A DNA stretch of 63,166 bases from an uncultured Thermoplasmatales archaeon. GTDB lineage: Archaea > Thermoplasmatota > E2 > DHVEG-1. Positions 8,272 through 17,040 of the stretch are shown in pieces. Numbering within the stretch: the stretch's first letter is position 1; the number at the start of each line of letters is the position of its first letter. Made by a program: the position numbers and the translations under genes. The DNA is taken from assembly GCA_964592335.1 (NCBI GenBank), contig CAZQEU010000001.1, positions 1-63,166 on the forward strand. The letters run 5' to 3'. The notes under the pieces were generated by a model. That model was not told the origin of the DNA and did no database searches. It saw only the letters and a list, made by a program, of their open reading frames with translations.

Positions 8272-11172
8272 TCATCCAGATAACAAAGCAATCAAGGGTT
8301 GGAGAATAGGCTCAAGAACCGGGAATAAGTCAATTAGTTTTTGAAGTAACAATATAAGTAAAGTTGGCGTTTCATCGTCATCATCCTCCCAATTAGTTAT
8401 TACAACCCATGTATCCATCCTCCAGCTCTGTCCTGATTCATCATATGCTGTTGCTTGAATCATCTTGGATACAGTACTATCTTTTAGAATATCTCCTTTC
8501 GTATACAACCCAGCAATTTCTTGTTGAACATCACAAAACCATTCATATGGCGGGGTATCATCTATATAAGGCAGCCCATCTATTTCGCCAAATGGCTCTA
8601 TGTCAAACTCTACTCTTACAACACCTACATTATCTGATGCAGTGGCATATACCCAAAAAGGAGCCTCGACCTGTGCTTCATCTGCCGGGGATGTAATTTC
8701 TAAATAGGGTTTATCTGCATCGATTTTAATCTCGATGGTATTGCTATTTTCTGTTTTATCTTCAACGTTTCCCTTATTGTCAACTGACCAAAAATTTATG
8801 CTCCATTGACCTTGCCAATCATCATATTGTGTAACCTCAAGAATAATTCCAGATACATCGTTATATACTTGGTTTGATCCTCCATTTATTGTATAATATG
8901 TTTTATCTATGCCGCTACCTGTCAAAGGAGGGTTATCCTCAGCGTTGAGTTTAACTGTTACAGATTCAGAGGTATACCATTCATAAAGACCCTCAGTTCC
9001 AATAATATCTCCAATAGAAGTTGATGGGGGATCATCATCGGTTCCAATAAATCTTACTTTCCAATAATCAAGAACAGGTGTTGTTGAAGGATTATCTCGG
9101 TTAAAAGTGGCCTTCAACCTTATTTGTTTAGTTGTTATATCCTGAATAGGGGCATCAGAGGAGATATCTGATTTTAAAATAGTATTTGGGTTATTTGCAT
9201 CTAAAATATCAAATCGGATGCTACCGGTGGTCACTACAGCTGAGAAATCAACCCAGTTCTCCCAGTTCTCAGGATCAATTGGATCTGAAGTAATATATGC
9301 ATTTAAAACAAGACTTTTTTCTTCTCCATAAATAATGTTTACATTACTAGAGCCAGGTGTTTTAAAGGACCATTGATTAGCATAAATATCAGGGAAATCT
9401 AGATCATCATATGGATTCATGTATTCAATTCTTAAGTCTTCCCATGCAACAAATAATTTTTCCCCATCAGATCCTAATGTACACCAATCCGCTGGACTTG
9501 ATTCAGTATCGGAGAGTTGCTTTTCATAAACAAGAATCTCTCCCTCTGAAGATACAAGACTGCCCCATATCTCACCGCTACCATCATAAGATATAAAAAA
9601 AGAGGATGAAAGATAAGGAACCACTTTTGCTCTTTTAAAATTACCTTCAGCTACTTTAAAAGCAGATACAGCAGTACCGCCATTTTGATCTATAATGGTT
9701 GCCCAAATATTACCATATGTAGAACCACTACTGATATCATCATTTTGCCATACAACAATGAATTTCTCAGCTGTTGCCGAAAACGTAGTACTTGGATAGT
9801 TATAATCAGTATTTGTCGTACCCTGATCAGATATAAGACGGGGCGATCCTAGCGGGTTTCCATTTGTATCAAAAAGCTGACCCCAAATATCAAAAGGCCC
9901 GTTTGCTGCATTTAAGCCTTCCTCCCATACAACATAGAAATGGTTATTGACATCATCAAAAGCAATCCATGGCTGACATTGACTATGCGGCCGACTTGAA
10001 ATAACTTTTTCACTTCCAACAGGCGTTCCATCGATATCATATAACTGACCATATATGTTGTAATTACCTGTTCCTTCACGACCATCTTCCCAGACAACAA
10101 AAAAACGTTTGTTCTTTGAATCAAAAGCAACCCTAGGATCAGATTGAATACCTGATGCATCGCAAATCGTAAAACGTGTTATATCGCCAATTCCTGTTGT
10201 GGATCTTGGAACTATGGCACCATGGATTTGTGTTGTTAATCTATCATTTGGTGTTTCAAAGTATTCATACGCAACAAAGAAATTATAATTATTTCCATCT
10301 CTACCATAAGCAACAGATGGATCTTCACATCTAAAGGTCTCAAAATTATTTGAATCCCAAGGTGTTATATCAAACCTATTACCAATACGCTGACCTTCTT
10401 CATCATAAAAACAACCTCTGATTTGTATTTGATAAATCAGACCCAATGGCACATATCTTGGTGTTCCCTCCATCCAGCTGACAAGATAACGATCTTCACC
10501 AAAATCAACATCTGGAGTCCATGCGCCTTCTTTTGCCATATGAAGAGTTACTTTATGATCATGGGCATATTCTTTCTGCCAACTGTTTTCATTGAATACA
10601 GACCAGTAACTACTTTGATCCCCTGCAGAAGGATTTCCATAAAATAGATATATCTCATTTTCACCACTCGGAAACAATGGAATTTTAAGCCATACTATTG
10701 CATAGAGATTATTAGGATCAGGATTTTTTTCTTCTATCCAATAACTAAGCCAATAATCTTCGTCATTAAACTTAAAACGAAGATCACCGTAATCAGAGCG
10801 CATATCTGTATCATAGTCAATAGTTAGTTTGATTATGCAATCATTAATTGTTTCCTGACTTGTTACTTCAATTATCTTCATCCTTGTCCAATCAGGATCC
10901 TTCCACTGAGGGTAAGTATCTACAATCTCAACAGTTCCTTGGTTAGGATCTAAATAATATTTATCTGACAAGCTATTATCTATTTTCTGAGCGTTGAAAA
11001 AATCATCTTCCCATTTATAGTATTCGCTATTTGAGGTCATAAGCAAAGTTTCATTTTTTTCATCAAGATCAATACTTGTTTTTATAACAGCTTCAGCTAC
11101 TGATGATATTAAAAACAAAAAAACAACTAAAGCAGCGGCTATTCTAAACAAATTTTTATTTTTTTTATGCAT
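8272..11172 (-). CDS. Secreted DUF2341-domain protein with a putative ~6-bladed beta-propeller and Ig-like domains, same C-terminal tail
   Basis: Signal peptide. DUF2341-like segment DYGDLRFKFNDEDYWLSYWIEEKNP...IYLFYGNP. About six ~50-aa repeats of the type FFVVWEDGREG..NIYGQLYDIDGTPVG. Ig-like TYYTINGG domains. Tail: LLILLLQKLIDLFPVLEPILQPLIALLSG. Confidence 0.75.
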   Translation of the reverse strand: MHKKNKNLFRIAAALVVFLFLISSVAEAVIKTSIDLDEKNETLLMTSNSEYYKWEDDFFNAQKIDNSLSDKYYLDPNQGTVEIVDTYPQWKDPDWTRMKIIEVTSQETINDCIIKLTIDYDTDMRSDYGDLRFKFNDEDYWLSYWIEEKNPDPNNLYAIVWLKIPLFPSGENEIYLFYGNPSAGDQSSYWSVFNENSWQKEYAHDHKVTLHMAKEGAWTPDVDFGEDRYLVSWMEGTPRYVPLGLIYQIQIRGCFYDEEGQRIGNRFDITPWDSNNFETFRCEDPSVAYGRDGNNYNFFVAYEYFETPNDRLTTQIHGAIVPRSTTGIGDITRFTICDASGIQSDPRVAFDSKNKRFFVVWEDGREGTGNYNIYGQLYDIDGTPVGSEKVISSRPHSQCQPWIAFDDVNNHFYVVWEEGLNAANGPFDIWGQLFDTNGNPLGSPRLISDQGTTNTDYNYPSTTFSATAEKFIVVWQNDDISSGSTYGNIWATIIDQNGGTAVSAFKVAEGNFKRAKVVPYLSSSFFISYDGSGEIWGSLVSSEGEILVYEKQLSDTESSPADWCTLGSDGEKLFVAWEDLRIEYMNPYDDLDFPDIYANQWSFKTPGSSNVNIIYGEEKSLVLNAYITSDPIDPENWENWVDFSAVVTTGSIRFDILDANNPNTILKSDISSDAPIQDITTKQIRLKATFNRDNPSTTPVLDYWKVRFIGTDDDPPSTSIGDIIGTEGLYEWYTSESVTVKLNAEDNPPLTGSGIDKTYYTINGGSNQVYNDVSGIILEVTQYDDWQGQWSINFWSVDNKGNVEDKTENSNTIEIKIDADKPYLEITSPADEAQVEAPFWVYATASDNVGVVRVEFDIEPFGEIDGLPYIDDTPPYEWFCDVQQEIAGLYTKGDILKDSTVSKMIQATAYDESGQSWRMDTWVVITNWEDDDDETPTLLILLLQKLIDLFPVLEPILQPLIALLSG

Positions 11173-11190
11173 TATATATTCCCTCCAAAT

Positions 11191-13770
11191 TTATCTTTCA
11201 ATTTCATGCCATTCTGTATTTCCTTGTAAATCAGTCCAAAGAAGATAACCTTCAAAATCATCCATGTTAAACTCATAGTCAAGCCAGTAATACAAAAACG
11301 GGAATGTATTTATCAACCACCATTCTAGGTTCAAATAAAACCCAAAATTTTCAAGATAGATATCCACACCGTATTTATCATCATATGTAAAATAGAGATC
11401 AAATTCTTCTAAGTTTTCCTCATCTGTGTCATGGTTAATCCTAAAGAATCCAGGATTACCTGCTTCTCCTCTATCAAAATCCCAGTCCATATCAAAAGTT
11501 AGATAATCTGAAAGTGTGATATGTCCATCTAAATCAAATACTTCATTGTCTTGAGCAAATTGTGAAAAATCCAATGTTAAAGCGTTACCTTGAGCAACAC
11601 CTATCTCAAAATTACCACTTTGCCCTAGCTGCCAGTTCAAATCCAGTGAACCTGATTTACCTTGATAGTTCAAATCAAGATGTAGGTTTTTAAGTGTATC
11701 AATGAGGCCTTTGAATCCTAGATTGTTGACTTTTAACTGACTTGTGGAGGTATCAAGATTCCAATCTGCTCTAAAACCTTCTGCAGATACCTCCTCAATA
11801 TCAAGGTCTATCGAGTCCCCAGTCTCAGTATTTTCAACATACAATGTGTTACCAAACATCTTACTTGTTGTATCAAGTGCCAGATAACCATTATTGTCTA
11901 AATCAAAACTAGTATCAATTGTTCCATCACGAATCTCAAGAGTATCATCTAAAACAAAACTACCATAATCAGGATGATCAAATTCCAAATGAACATGTAC
12001 AGGGTCAACATTATGTCCCGTTGAAGACCTTGTAGCTCTTGCAAATCCTGATAGTCTATTCCAATATAGTTTTCCTTCAGCAGATGCATATGACGGAATA
12101 TCTGTCATCTCAACAAGCGGTGTTTCAACTGAAGGGAGAAAAACCTCGATTTCATCTATATTTCTACTACAACTATGCCCTAGCTTTCCATATACATAGT
12201 TGCTATCAGACATAATATTATCTAAATCAACATTTGTCTGGATTTCTGCGTTAACATAAGTACTTCGCGGTATCCCCTCAGGAATATTTAAAAGAACAAG
12301 TTCTTCATCTCCTGCATAGGTTTTTGGATAAAAAACTGTAATCTTTTCGATACTTGAGCTCATGTCAAGATCAATTCCACCACTAACATCTAAATCAACT
12401 CTTTTGTTTTCCAGAGATATACTACCATCGATATCCCAAGAAAGATCAGCGCTTGTTGGAAGGCTATCAACCTTTATTTTTTGATTAAAAGATGGAGAGT
12501 TAACTAAAAGATCGACATCAAACTTGTCACTTGCTTTATAATGAAAATTACCCCCCAAGGGTTCATTATCACCGATTAAATCTAGATCAAAAGACATCCA
12601 TGAATCAGATTTTGCTAGATTATCATCTATTTTATCAAAAACTAATGTCAAATCAATATCTTCTCCCAAGCCATCTAAAAGATTTGATGAATAAGAAATT
12701 GCCACTTCATCATTTTTTTGACTGCCAGTATCATAATGATAATATACATATCCTCCAAGCGGTATGAATTTTGTTTTTAGATAAACAGCTGGGTCAAAAC
12801 CAATTGAAAAATCAATATCATAAGATGGATTTGCCTGACCTTCTAAAAAGGCTCTAAAACCATAAATCATTTCAATAGGGTCCTGATTTGAAGAGTCAGG
12901 ATTAGTTATTTGTTGAAACATAGTCGGACTGAAAATATTTTGTCGGGCAAAAGCAAATCTCTTATCTGTATAAAGAGGTATCTTAGCTCCTTGAGGTGAT
13001 CGGTATCCATTTCCAACTGATATACAATCATTATCAGCAGCAGTTGGCTCTACAGGTTCGTCACTTGATCCAACAATATTATTTATTAAATTTTGTAAAA
13101 TATTGATTAAAGGACTATTTGGCAAAATATTTGATATATGTGAGATAAGATTATTTAACAGATTTACAATAAGACTTTGAGAATTGCTTTGTCCACTGCT
13201 ACCTGCTTTTTTTATTAAACCAAAATTTACATGTATTGTTGATCTTACCTCAAGTTCTCCATTTGAATCCTCAATATAACTTCCATTTTGTAGTTGCCTG
13301 GCTTGAACACGTGTTTCAAGGGATTTTACTTCATTTCCATCTGGATTCATTATGGTTGCCCAGTAAAAACCAGCTGTAACTTCTAAGTCATCTTCTGGGT
13401 CGCTATCAATATCAAAATATATTTTTTCTCCATACTCCGGATGCTTTAAGAATCTATCCTTAAAATCTGTGGTATCAACTGGAACTTGTTTTTGGAAGAG
13501 TACTCCGTTGTATTCGACTTCAATTACCCACTCTAAAAAATTTCCTGATACCTGAGCAAAATTAGGAGAGTAAGTAAAATAAGAATTTTCATCATTTGAA
13601 TTTGACAAAACTTGGTTTTTATTTAACTCTAAATTTTTTGGGTTAACATCAGCAGCAGCTGCAAAAGAAAAGCCGGCAATATTTATCATGCTAAATAACA
13701 AGCTTATACTAACTAAAAATACTATTTTTTGCTTTACCCCCACATTTATCACCTCTTTTAAATGTTCCAA
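11191..13770 (-). CDS. Secreted orphan protein (859 aa) with an internal copy of the Leu/Ile-rich tail module
   Basis: N-terminal signal/TM (KIVFLVSISLLFSMINIAGFSFAAAAD). No family recognised. Acidic, beta-rich D/L/N repeats. The internal module SLIVNLLNNLISHISNILPNSPLINILQNLINNIV is at nt 13063-13176. Confidence 0.7.
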   Translation of the reverse strand: MEHLKEVINVGVKQKIVFLVSISLLFSMINIAGFSFAAAADVNPKNLELNKNQVLSNSNDENSYFTYSPNFAQVSGNFLEWVIEVEYNGVLFQKQVPVDTTDFKDRFLKHPEYGEKIYFDIDSDPEDDLEVTAGFYWATIMNPDGNEVKSLETRVQARQLQNGSYIEDSNGELEVRSTIHVNFGLIKKAGSSGQSNSQSLIVNLLNNLISHISNILPNSPLINILQNLINNIVGSSDEPVEPTAADNDCISVGNGYRSPQGAKIPLYTDKRFAFARQNIFSPTMFQQITNPDSSNQDPIEMIYGFRAFLEGQANPSYDIDFSIGFDPAVYLKTKFIPLGGYVYYHYDTGSQKNDEVAISYSSNLLDGLGEDIDLTLVFDKIDDNLAKSDSWMSFDLDLIGDNEPLGGNFHYKASDKFDVDLLVNSPSFNQKIKVDSLPTSADLSWDIDGSISLENKRVDLDVSGGIDLDMSSSIEKITVFYPKTYAGDEELVLLNIPEGIPRSTYVNAEIQTNVDLDNIMSDSNYVYGKLGHSCSRNIDEIEVFLPSVETPLVEMTDIPSYASAEGKLYWNRLSGFARATRSSTGHNVDPVHVHLEFDHPDYGSFVLDDTLEIRDGTIDTSFDLDNNGYLALDTTSKMFGNTLYVENTETGDSIDLDIEEVSAEGFRADWNLDTSTSQLKVNNLGFKGLIDTLKNLHLDLNYQGKSGSLDLNWQLGQSGNFEIGVAQGNALTLDFSQFAQDNEVFDLDGHITLSDYLTFDMDWDFDRGEAGNPGFFRINHDTDEENLEEFDLYFTYDDKYGVDIYLENFGFYLNLEWWLINTFPFLYYWLDYEFNMDDFEGYLLWTDLQGNTEWHEIER

Positions 13771-13893
13771 TATTATTTGTTGTTTCTACTATTTAAACTA
13801 TAGCTTGGATTTCTCGGCAAATGACGAATATAAAAAAATAAATTACGGCTTTCAACTGGTTTTTAGGTTTAAGTTGGATAATTGTAAATTAAG

Positions 13894-16863
13894 TTAGAGA
13901 GGAACAAAAATTACCTTTTTCAGACTAACACTTGATATCATAGTATCTCCTTTGTATGCTTTAACAGTAATTTTATATTTTCCAAAAGCTAAATCTAAGT
14001 CGGTTTTAAAACCATTAAATGATGTGTTATCCCAATTTTCAATTTTATCCCCCGTTCTATGTTTAGTTGCAATGAATTTTACTTTTTCAATATCTTCTGA
14101 TACTTCTGTGCTTATATGAAGAGAAGAATTAAAGACAATAACTCTGTCTAAAAACGATAAAATTTTTGAATTATATACAAAGCCTTTATACTGAAAAGTT
14201 CCAATGTCAGGATAGCTGATTGATAAAATATCAGAATCAGATTTTGTCCAGAACTCCCATACCGGCCCCTCAGTGGTTCCGTCATCATCTTTGGCAATTA
14301 CTTTCCAATAATAATGAGTGTTAGACTTCAAAGACTCAATATTATAGTAGTCATTTGTTATCCCTGAAGCAATTTTTTGTGTTGGACTTGCATCGTTTGC
14401 TTCTAATATCAGGTCATAATAAGTCATATCTAAATTATTAGATTCCCAAGAAAACACAAAAGACAAATCCAAGTTTTTTGAACCGGTTTGAGGATATGGG
14501 TTAATCGGTATCTCAGGTGGTTCATCATCTCCATAAACATTTATTAAAACGCTTTCTGCATCTGATACAAAAACATCATGAATGCTTATCTCAACAGGTC
14601 CTCCTCTCTGTGACTGGATTCTTTCGATTTCTTCATCATCGAGATTACTTGTTACTCGATCTATCATCCCTTGAGCCTTAAAAATATTTTTAACATTTCC
14701 AGGGCTTAGCGCTTTTGCTTCATAGCGAATTATGATCTTTTCACCAGGGAATATTGGCTCTCTAAAATAATAAAAAAATATCGTGTCTACTAAATCTATT
14801 TCATAGTTGACATTTGAAGCTATTGAAAAACTACCATCAACATATTCTAAGTTATTTGGTAAAATATCTCCAGCTCTTATGTAGAATATCCTACTTGCTG
14901 AATTTGGATTAGCTATCTCACATCTAAACTTTAGAACTTGGCCACAATATGCATCAATATTATCCACCCATTTATTTGTATTTGAGTCGAATATTTTTTT
15001 GTCTACCTGTATAGCTACTTCACTTTCTTCACCAACAATATTTACATAGACATTGTAGACAATATCTTGAAAAGACGATGAAGAAATATAGATTGATGCA
15101 GAATGTGGACCGGGACTTAATGTATTTGTATCGATTGTTACGCTTATCTCAGTTGATTGACCTGATTCGATTTTACCGATTGCAGGGGCTATTGATGTTA
15201 TCCAATTTGAGTTTTCACTTAATTCATATTCAAGATTTCCTCCACCAGTATTTTGTATTTCAAAAGTTTTTGTCATGGTTTCACCGGTTTGCATATTTCC
15301 AAAAACAAGTGATTCAGGAGTGATCTCAAGTTGTGGTTGGTTTGGGTCAAATATATCAAATTCTAAGGTGAAATAATCCGTCCGGTCATTTGAGTCAATC
15401 TCAACATCACAAGAATGATGAGTACCAGCAATTAGATCGGTTGTATCAACACCTATATTTATTGTCTCATATTGTTCAGGCCCTAATAATCCTATATCAG
15501 GATCAACATAAGTAATCCATGGACAATCCCAGTTTAAAGAAAAGCTTAGTTGCTCAGTACCATAGTTATGTATCTGAAAAGAGGTTTCATAAATCATTCC
15601 TTCATCTAAATCTCCAAAATCATAGTTTTCTGGGTTAAAATACAAAATAGGTTGATCACCTACTATCTCTAAATTTATTGAAAACACTGCATCTCCCGCA
15701 TTTGAACTTATTAAAATATCACAATAATACACATTACCAGTATTCAACAAAGAAGTATCAACCGTAACACCAATTGTATCAATCTCCCCACTCGAACTAC
15801 CACCAACCGAATCCAACGTAACCCAATCACAAGACTCAAACAAACTATAAGTCAAAACACCCGAGCCAGCATTCCAAATATCAAAAGACGTTGTCCGAAA
15901 ACTGCCTTTTACCACTTCACCAAAATCATAAGATGTTGGATCAAACATAAGTATTGGCCCCTCTAAACCATCAGACACATAAACATGAACAGTAAAAACT
16001 GCATTACCCACATCTGTTATAATTTCAATATCACAATAATGATCCTGATCATCTGTCAACAAAGAAGTATCAACCGTAACACCAATTGTATCAATCTCCC
16101 CACTCGAACTACCACCAACCGAATCCAACGTAACCCAATCACAAGACTCAAACAAACTATAAGTCAAAACACCCGAGCCAGCATTCCAAATATCAAAAGA
16201 CGTTGTTTTTGATTCACCTTTTACCACATTTCCAAAATCCCAAGATTGAGGATTATAAGAAAGAACAGGTTCATCTTCATCCTCTGAACTTACAAAGATA
16301 AATTGCTCTTCAATATAATCACTTGCTGGAGGCAATACTCTTCCAGCACCTGCGGCTGCTGAAACAGAGCCTGATGCAGATCTTACTATTTCTGCTCTAA
16401 AGGTCATTGTCTCCGACCAAGAAGAATACAGACCCGCCCATATCCAATTGACAAGTGTATTATCTGCTTCAAAATATACTAGTTTAATATCATCATTTGT
16501 TTTTGGTGATTGGCTACCTTCAATAAAATCAAACATCGGATCTTCATCAGGAGATGGTAAACCAAAGCCTGCTGTAAGATAACCATTACTCTTGAATTCA
16601 ATTTCAATTTTAAATTCAATAATCGATCCAACTTCTGCATAAAGAGGTGTATCTTGCCAAGATCCATCAGGGTAATCTCTTATCTTAAAATCAAATGACT
16701 CTATAATTTCATGATCATCATTTATCTGCAGTAGATTATTATTTTCAAAAAGACTACCTGCTTCTGCATTATGTCCTGTATTGATACTAAAAGATATTGG
16801 AAAAAAGAGAAAAAAAACAATTGAACTAACCAAAAATTTTTTCAGATTATTTCTATAATCCAT
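13894..16863 (-). CDS. Secreted protein with four HYDIN/choice-of-anchor-D-like Ig repeats, DUF11-like segments and an FN3-like domain
   Basis: Signal peptide. Four repeats of the type Y(D/N)FG.V..G......F.I.N.G.G.L.Y.L. FN3-like segment PYPQTGSKNLDLSFVFSWES...HYYWKVIAKDDDG. Confidence 0.75.
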   Translation of the reverse strand: MDYRNNLKKFLVSSIVFFLFFPISFSINTGHNAEAGSLFENNNLLQINDDHEIIESFDFKIRDYPDGSWQDTPLYAEVGSIIEFKIEIEFKSNGYLTAGFGLPSPDEDPMFDFIEGSQSPKTNDDIKLVYFEADNTLVNWIWAGLYSSWSETMTFRAEIVRSASGSVSAAAGAGRVLPPASDYIEEQFIFVSSEDEDEPVLSYNPQSWDFGNVVKGESKTTSFDIWNAGSGVLTYSLFESCDWVTLDSVGGSSSGEIDTIGVTVDTSLLTDDQDHYCDIEIITDVGNAVFTVHVYVSDGLEGPILMFDPTSYDFGEVVKGSFRTTSFDIWNAGSGVLTYSLFESCDWVTLDSVGGSSSGEIDTIGVTVDTSLLNTGNVYYCDILISSNAGDAVFSINLEIVGDQPILYFNPENYDFGDLDEGMIYETSFQIHNYGTEQLSFSLNWDCPWITYVDPDIGLLGPEQYETINIGVDTTDLIAGTHHSCDVEIDSNDRTDYFTLEFDIFDPNQPQLEITPESLVFGNMQTGETMTKTFEIQNTGGGNLEYELSENSNWITSIAPAIGKIESGQSTEISVTIDTNTLSPGPHSASIYISSSSFQDIVYNVYVNIVGEESEVAIQVDKKIFDSNTNKWVDNIDAYCGQVLKFRCEIANPNSASRIFYIRAGDILPNNLEYVDGSFSIASNVNYEIDLVDTIFFYYFREPIFPGEKIIIRYEAKALSPGNVKNIFKAQGMIDRVTSNLDDEEIERIQSQRGGPVEISIHDVFVSDAESVLINVYGDDEPPEIPINPYPQTGSKNLDLSFVFSWESNNLDMTYYDLILEANDASPTQKIASGITNDYYNIESLKSNTHYYWKVIAKDDDGTTEGPVWEFWTKSDSDILSISYPDIGTFQYKGFVYNSKILSFLDRVIVFNSSLHISTEVSEDIEKVKFIATKHRTGDKIENWDNTSFNGFKTDLDLAFGKYKITVKAYKGDTMISSVSLKKVIFVPL
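15744..15894. repeat. Copy 1 of a perfect 151-bp direct repeat inside the 989-aa gene
   Basis: Compared base by base with 16056-16206 and found identical. The offset is 312 bp (104 codons, in frame). Confidence 0.95.
16056..16206. repeat. Copy 2 of the perfect 151-bp direct repeat
   Basis: Identical to 15744-15894. Both copies encode TTSFDIWNAGSGVLTYSLFESCDWVTLDSVGGSSSGEIDTIGVTVDTSLL. Confidence 0.95.
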
Positions 16864-17040
16864 CTTATTTCACCCCCAAAAATTACTCCATTTTATATTG
16901 AGACCACTACTATATAAACATTCCTATTAAAATTTGTTGCGCCTAAAAATAACAAAAAGATAAATTTAGAATAATATATTTATAAGATTCGAAAATTAGA
17001 TTAATATTATAGCATATCACATTTCTCAGGATGCAAAATT

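Noticed and set aside
15744-16206. Whether the 151-bp repeats could be a CRISPR-like or mobile-element repeat.
   Set aside because: There are only two copies. Both are in frame inside a coding region and encode the same Ig-domain segment. No spacer-repeat periodicity, terminal inverted repeats or transposase are present.
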